Source: Felis catus (taxonomy: Eukaryota). Taken from it: a stretch of DNA of 64,000 nt. Under the pieces are notes generated by a model, which saw nothing but the letters and a program-made list of their open reading frames with translations, did no database searches and was not told the DNA's origin. Shown one piece after another: positions 58,566 to 64,000 of this stretch. Where the stretch lies: positions 31,064,001 through 31,128,000 of the forward strand of contig NC_058368.1 of the NCBI RefSeq assembly GCF_018350175.1, written 5' to 3'. The position numbers were made by a program, and so were the translations under genes. The stretch's first letter is position 1. Each line of letters begins with the position of its first letter.

Positions 58566-61500
58566 TTAACTCCCTGTCATGAAGGCACTTGTCCAAATGA
58601 GAGTAGAACCATTAATGGGCCCAAAAGACAGAGTAAGAGAAAGATATTAAATATAAATGTTATATACATCAACTTCTGGTTCTCAGTATACCTTTTTTGC
58701 TGTTTTGCATTTGAATATGTTATATGGCCTTTAACCAGTCACTGCTTTATCATTTTCTGTTACATTCTCAAGTACAGATTTTATGTAAATGGTCGTACCT
58801 AAGCCATGGTTACCCAGAAACGATACTGAAAGAGGTCCAGTACCTAAAATGCATACTTTTGTGTGAATTTGTTATTTTACTCTTAAATCCTAAAGACTAA
58901 TAATTTACACCTGCATTTGAATTTGCTGAAGTTAAACTTTGATTCACATACATTAATATCCTTTGTAGCTAGTTACTGCAAATAAAGCTGAGTTTGTTGG
59001 ACAATTCAAAAAAGAGATGAATCCAGACAAAAATTATACTCTTTAGTCTTTGATAAACACTAATGAACAGAAACCAATGTTTGTCATTAATATCAGCCAA
59101 GATATCATGAATTTCTCCAAGTGTATGACATAGGTACGTATAACAAAGAAACTAATATAGCTAATACGACCATACTGTTTAAATCTTGCATTTATGCTTG
59201 TTTGTGATATCATACTTTTGAATGGTAAACCAGCAAAAATATTGGTGGAAATGAACATGAACAAATTTCTAAACTCAGTTCCCTGTCTAATAATTCAGGA
59301 AGATTGGAAGATACTGTGTGCCCATCCATCAGGGAAGTTATCAGGTTTAGCAGAATGGCATCTATGAAGTACTCAGAGCTCCTAAGGGAACCATCTTGCA
59401 TAAACATGGGTTATTACTATTATAAAGTGGCACATGGTTGTGGGCATGTGGTTAGACTACTAAGAAACTCAGTGTAAAAAAGCTTTAAAGAAAAAAAAAG
59501 AGAGAGAAAAAGGAAAAAGAAGACTAAAGAATATTAACAAAAAGGAAAAAAATGCTGTTATAAGAATTAGAACCAAAAGTCAAAAGAGAGAAATTTTATG
59601 GGTTACTGACCGGATGCTGATCTTTCCCCTTTGAGCTCTTCTGGTGCCTGTGCAAATGCCTGGAAATCTAATGAGGGCCATCTTTCTCATGACATATCAA
59701 ACATCCCACCCTGAGACACAGCCAAAAATACCACAAGAAAGAATGGCCCTTCTCATAGTATCCCAGCCTTCCTTTTCCAGATGGATGTTATAATAAAAAT
59801 ATTCTTCCAATTATTTCAGGGCCTTAAAAGAGAAAAAAAAAAAAGGATAGCTTAAGTTCAGTTCTGAAAAAGCGTGAAGCTGTCAGCGAAGCTATTTTTG
59901 AACAGGTTGGCCATTCCTTGTAAAGATTCTTTAAAGAAAACTTTCCTGCCCTGTTTAAAAAAAGTATTAGAGGGAAGGTGGACGATTCACCCCTATATCA
60001 TAGTAGCGGTGGAAGAAATACAGTGTGGAAGTTTGTGAAGCCATTTGAAATCTTGAAATAGTCAGACAAAAGACACAGGTAAATACAGGAATACTGAACT
60101 CAATTTTGCAGTGGCATCAAAAGTACTTCCTCATAAGATTTCTTCACAGGATTGTTTGAGGGAGTAAGTCTAAGTATTAAAGTGTATTCCTTCCTAATTT
60201 CTCTCTCTAGAACAGACAACTTCCACACTTTTTCAAAGGCTCCTCATAAGTTGAAGCTATGCAAATGCCCACCTAAAGGGAATAATGGAATATCCATGAC
60301 TGAGGACAAAGTTGAACCAGTGGAATATGCCACACAATGTAGATGTGGATACTCCTGTTCAGCTCATCTTCCCTTAGCATGTGAACATGTGCTTCCAGGC
60401 ATTGTCAGCATGGAGAGATTCCTCTCTGTGACACGTTTTGTCTGAATACAAATCAAGAGTAATGCTTGGTGGTAACTGAATTATAGAGAAGTTACGTCTT
60501 TCCACAATTGAATCCAAAAATGATAAGGTGGTTAAGGGATCTTACCTGATAGGGTATTGCAACAGACAGCATCTCTGAGTTTCAAATAAAACACACATAT
60601 TTTGCACATACCTGACTTTTATTGTTATAATGGGCAATACCATTTTTCTCTCTGAATAGATCCAGAGCAGGATCTTGCATTTTTTCATGTGGCAAAGAGG
60701 GGAAGTACACATGGACGGTTTAATTTGCTTGGTGGTCAGTGGTTAGAACCAAATTTAGTAGGTTTTTGTTTTCTTTTTTTTGCTTTTTTTGTTTTGTTTT
60801 ATTCTGGCTACCACTAGTACATGATTAGTAGTAAGGAAGAGAAGGAATCCTTTTTTACTTAGAATGATCTTTTGAAAGGAGTCAATATCAATCTCTTGCC
60901 CCCAGAGAAGATTCCCTTGAAAATTATTAAAAGTTGCCTAAGCAGTAAAGTTTCTCTGGTTTGTTTATGGGATATTTGTCATTTATTTATTCAAATGTAT
61001 TACTCTTTGTTGTGAACACACTCCTGTTTGTGAGTTTATTACCCTTGGTCTTAGCATTTACATAGCGCTTCTATTTTAACAAGGATATGCTGCAGTCATT
61101 TTTATTAGTTATTCCTCACAGCACCCTGGTGAAATAGAACATTATTGCACTTATTTCATAGATAAAGAACAAACTCAAGCAGAGCTGGAAGTATGGCCAT
61201 TTTTAATTGACGTATTCAGAATTAAGGGATGTGACTTCAAGGTTCATTGTTTCACCAGGTGAGCCAATAAAAATGTTGTGAAAAAGAAATGAAGGATGCA
61301 AATGCACTTTTTATCTCAGTTCACTTGAGATTTTTATGTTTGTTGCCTTCCAATACAATAAACATGTATGTGGGTAAAATAATTTGTTCAAAGGCTCACA
61401 AAATGTTCTCAATACACAAGTATATACATATATTTAAATGTTTAACTAATAACGTATGCTTCCTAAGTGAAAGGTTGGATGAATCAGTTTCTATTTTTAT

Positions 61501-62084
61501 TGCAGGATTATCTTCCAATTCCTTTTTTTCCAGGACATATCTCTCTCTGGAGGAGGCCATACTAACTTTTTTGCAAATTGTCCATTTGCCTTCTGTAGCT
61601 GTTTCTGCGTTGATATGTATGGCTGATATTTATACCTGTTTCTCCCCCTACTCAGGGCTCAGTATTTGCAGAGACCACAGAATCAGGCACAATTTAGCCA
61701 CATTAAACCAGTTACTTCAGCACTATCCACCAGTAGAACATTTAGTCAAGATCATTAGTATCCTTGTTATTCTGTCGTATAGCTGGGAGAGAATTTATCT
61801 AATTGATTTCTTAGTCATGGACCTTTATTGTATTCCAAGTAATTAATTAAAAAAATACTTCATGAAGTATGTAAAAGGAACATTGTAGATGGTGGGGATG
61901 AAAACTGATGTAGTAGGTCTCAGTGAGGTCTCAACTAATTGATATATGTAGTATTTTCCCTGAGTAGTAGGATCAGTTGATATTTCTATTTGGTTGCACC
62001 AATTCCCAGGCACTTTTGATTATTTATGCAGTCTCATATTTAGTACTGAAATAATGACTATGCCCACTTAAAACTGTCAGCACT

Positions 62085-62288
62085 GGAGCACCTGCGTGGT
62101 CAGTAGGTTGGGCATCTGACTTCAGCTTAGGTCATGATCTCACCGTTTGTGGTTTGGGCTCTGCATGGGGCTCTGTGCTGACAGCTCGGAGCCTGGAGCC
62201 TGCTTCTGATTCTCTGTCTCCCTTTCTCTCTGTCCCTCTCTGCCCACATTCTGTCTCTTTCTCTCAAAAATAAATAAACATTTTTTTT
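62085..62288 (+). mobile_element. Can-SINE
   Basis: gctctgtgctgacagctcggagcctggagcctgcttc; degenerate TSD actgtcag(ca/tc)ct. Confidence 0.9.
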
Positions 62289-63529
62289 AGACTGTCAGTC
62301 CTGGTTCAGACTCACCCTCTCACCCCATGCAGACCAGTCTATGGTGGAGTGAGGAGTGCAGTCTGCTCTTTCATGCCCCCTACCCATTTTCTCTCTCATT
62401 TACTATGAGGTGTGTTGGACTGGTTTGAGGGGAATAGGAAAAATAAGGCTTACATGAGTAATTCTTTCTCAACAGCTGTTTCTTTATGTAGACCAACAGC
62501 CTTTGGGAGGGAGATGGCTCTCCTGTTTTGTTGGCCATCCCTGTTGACATAGCTCATTTTCAAAAGGTGTCCTGTGCATCACTGGAGGTCTTACCAGGCC
62601 TTGCTGACATAGGACAGAATCCAGTCACCTTTATTTGTGGTCCCACTCTTCCATCAGCAACATTGAACTAAAGTCCTCCGATGGGATCACAAGAAACCCA
62701 GAGCTCAAGTTTCATCTGCCTCATTCTCTTGTCTTTCACTGCCTCAGTCTCTCATCTTGGAAACCTTGAATTCCAAGGATTCCCTGCCTTCTCTCCTCTG
62801 GTCTGACTGTAGACAATCTGTCTACAGTTCTCATTCCCATAGTCAGGCAGCATATGGACATAATGGTGTATGCTGACTGCACAGCAGAAATCCATTGGCA
62901 AACAGAATTCTAAAACTTCCTCCTTCAGGGATTTGCAAATCTTCTGGCAGTTCTGTTAACAGTCCTTTACTAGTGTTTTTGAAAAACAGTAGAGTAACTT
63001 TCACAAACAATGCACTTTGCTCAAAGGCAACTTCTCACACCTGGTGCCTCTTATCTCTCTCTTTGGTAATGGCTTGCATCCCAGTTTGCCCATACAGCCC
63101 TGGGGTCTCACAAAGAAGTGAATTTCTTTCAATGCTGCCTTTTTGAATTTAGTTAACTCTTTCTGAACTGTTCAGTATCTTGCAGAGCAAGGTGTAGGGG
63201 GGTGATGCAGTGATTGGAAAGGTCTCCAATAGTTCTTCACTCTGTCTTATTACATAAGACACTGTTAGTGTCTTCACAGCATGTTCTGATGGGGAAGCCA
63301 CAGCATGTATACCCAGAGGGTTATAAATCAAATATGACAATGTACCAAAAAAGGAATAATTATTTATGAATGGGTAAGTAAGACAAGGCATCATTGAGAA
63401 AGGATATTTGAATGATGCACTCAAGAATGATGCACTTTACAGGATCGTAAAAAGTAGTTCCATAAGTTCATCTCTCCAGAAAAGGCTGTGACTCTTTAAA
63501 AATAGCATGCCAATCTTTATCTTTTCCCA

Positions 63530-64000
63530 CTATCAAAGCAAAACTTGCACTGGACAAATAGGCAAGGAAGACTTTATTGAAGACTATGATAATAAAGGAG
63601 GGAGATGAACTCAACTTTAGTGAAACCAAAATCAGGAGGGTTTTTAAGCACTGTGTTGGGGAAACATACTGGAGGACAGTGTGGGAACTTGATCAATGGG
63701 AGGTATCGAGCACATTGAGCTGTTCCTGTGTTTGCAAGTATTTTTCTCTGTGATTGGGCATCTGTGACTGCTAACTGGCACCCACCCTAAGTTAGCCTCC
63801 GATCTTAGACTTAGCCTAAAATGGGCTCCTGCCTCCCCACAGAGACAGAGCGATAGAGGTACTGTCTTCTTTGGGGCTTAGATTTTAAAAAGATGGTTTT
63901 CAGGGCATTGGGAAAAGCCTCTCTGTGTTGAAAAACCTGCAAGAGGCTGGGAGAAAGCTTATATGCTATCAAAAATGCAGAGAAAATTTACAGTTGCAAG
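63530..64000 (-). mobile_element. ERV1 LTR (MER67-like), running off the window end
   Basis: aaacttgcactggacaa...ggcaaggaagactttatt...gaactcaact...caagaggctgggagaa matches the recalled MER67-type consensus. Confidence 0.7.

Noticed and set aside
61289..61846. Longest ORF in the track (185 aa)
   Set aside because: No recognisable domain; L/I/S/F-rich composition typical of chance ORFs in AT-rich DNA; no supporting exon or promoter context
2912..62288. tRNA-like A/B boxes
   Set aside because: These are the tRNA-derived heads of Can-SINEs; no cloverleaf tRNA gene was seen
1..64000. CRISPR array, operon or prokaryotic defence system
   Set aside because: The sequence is mammalian repeat-rich DNA with no repeat-spacer periodicity or dense coding

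Overview
AT-rich, essentially non-coding mammalian DNA, almost certainly from a felid: it carries 18 feliform-type Can-SINEs (SINEC_Fc-like) and a cat-type L1 3' UTR. Much of the window is interspersed repeats: Can-SINEs, carnivore and ancient L1 fragments, L2/MIR, MaLR/ERVL/ERV1 LTRs, hAT and Tigger DNA-transposon remnants, and microsatellites. No multi-exon protein-coding gene, RNA gene or CRISPR array is supported. The supplied ORFs are SINE- or L1-derived or chance ORFs. Several repeat-poor islands carry splice-site-bounded candidate micro-exons, mostly on the minus strand; the best is 31833-31869. There is also a candidate minus-strand CCAAT-box promoter near 4.0 kb. Together these suggest a large intron or 5'UTR region of a minus-strand gene or lncRNA that I cannot name. 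The best-supported oddities are retrotransposition structures: two twin-primed (5'-inverted) L1s, an internally deleted L1 and a single-tailed SINE dimer. I found no convincing evidence of a new biological system. Repeat family names come from recalled consensus sequences and boundaries are approximate.
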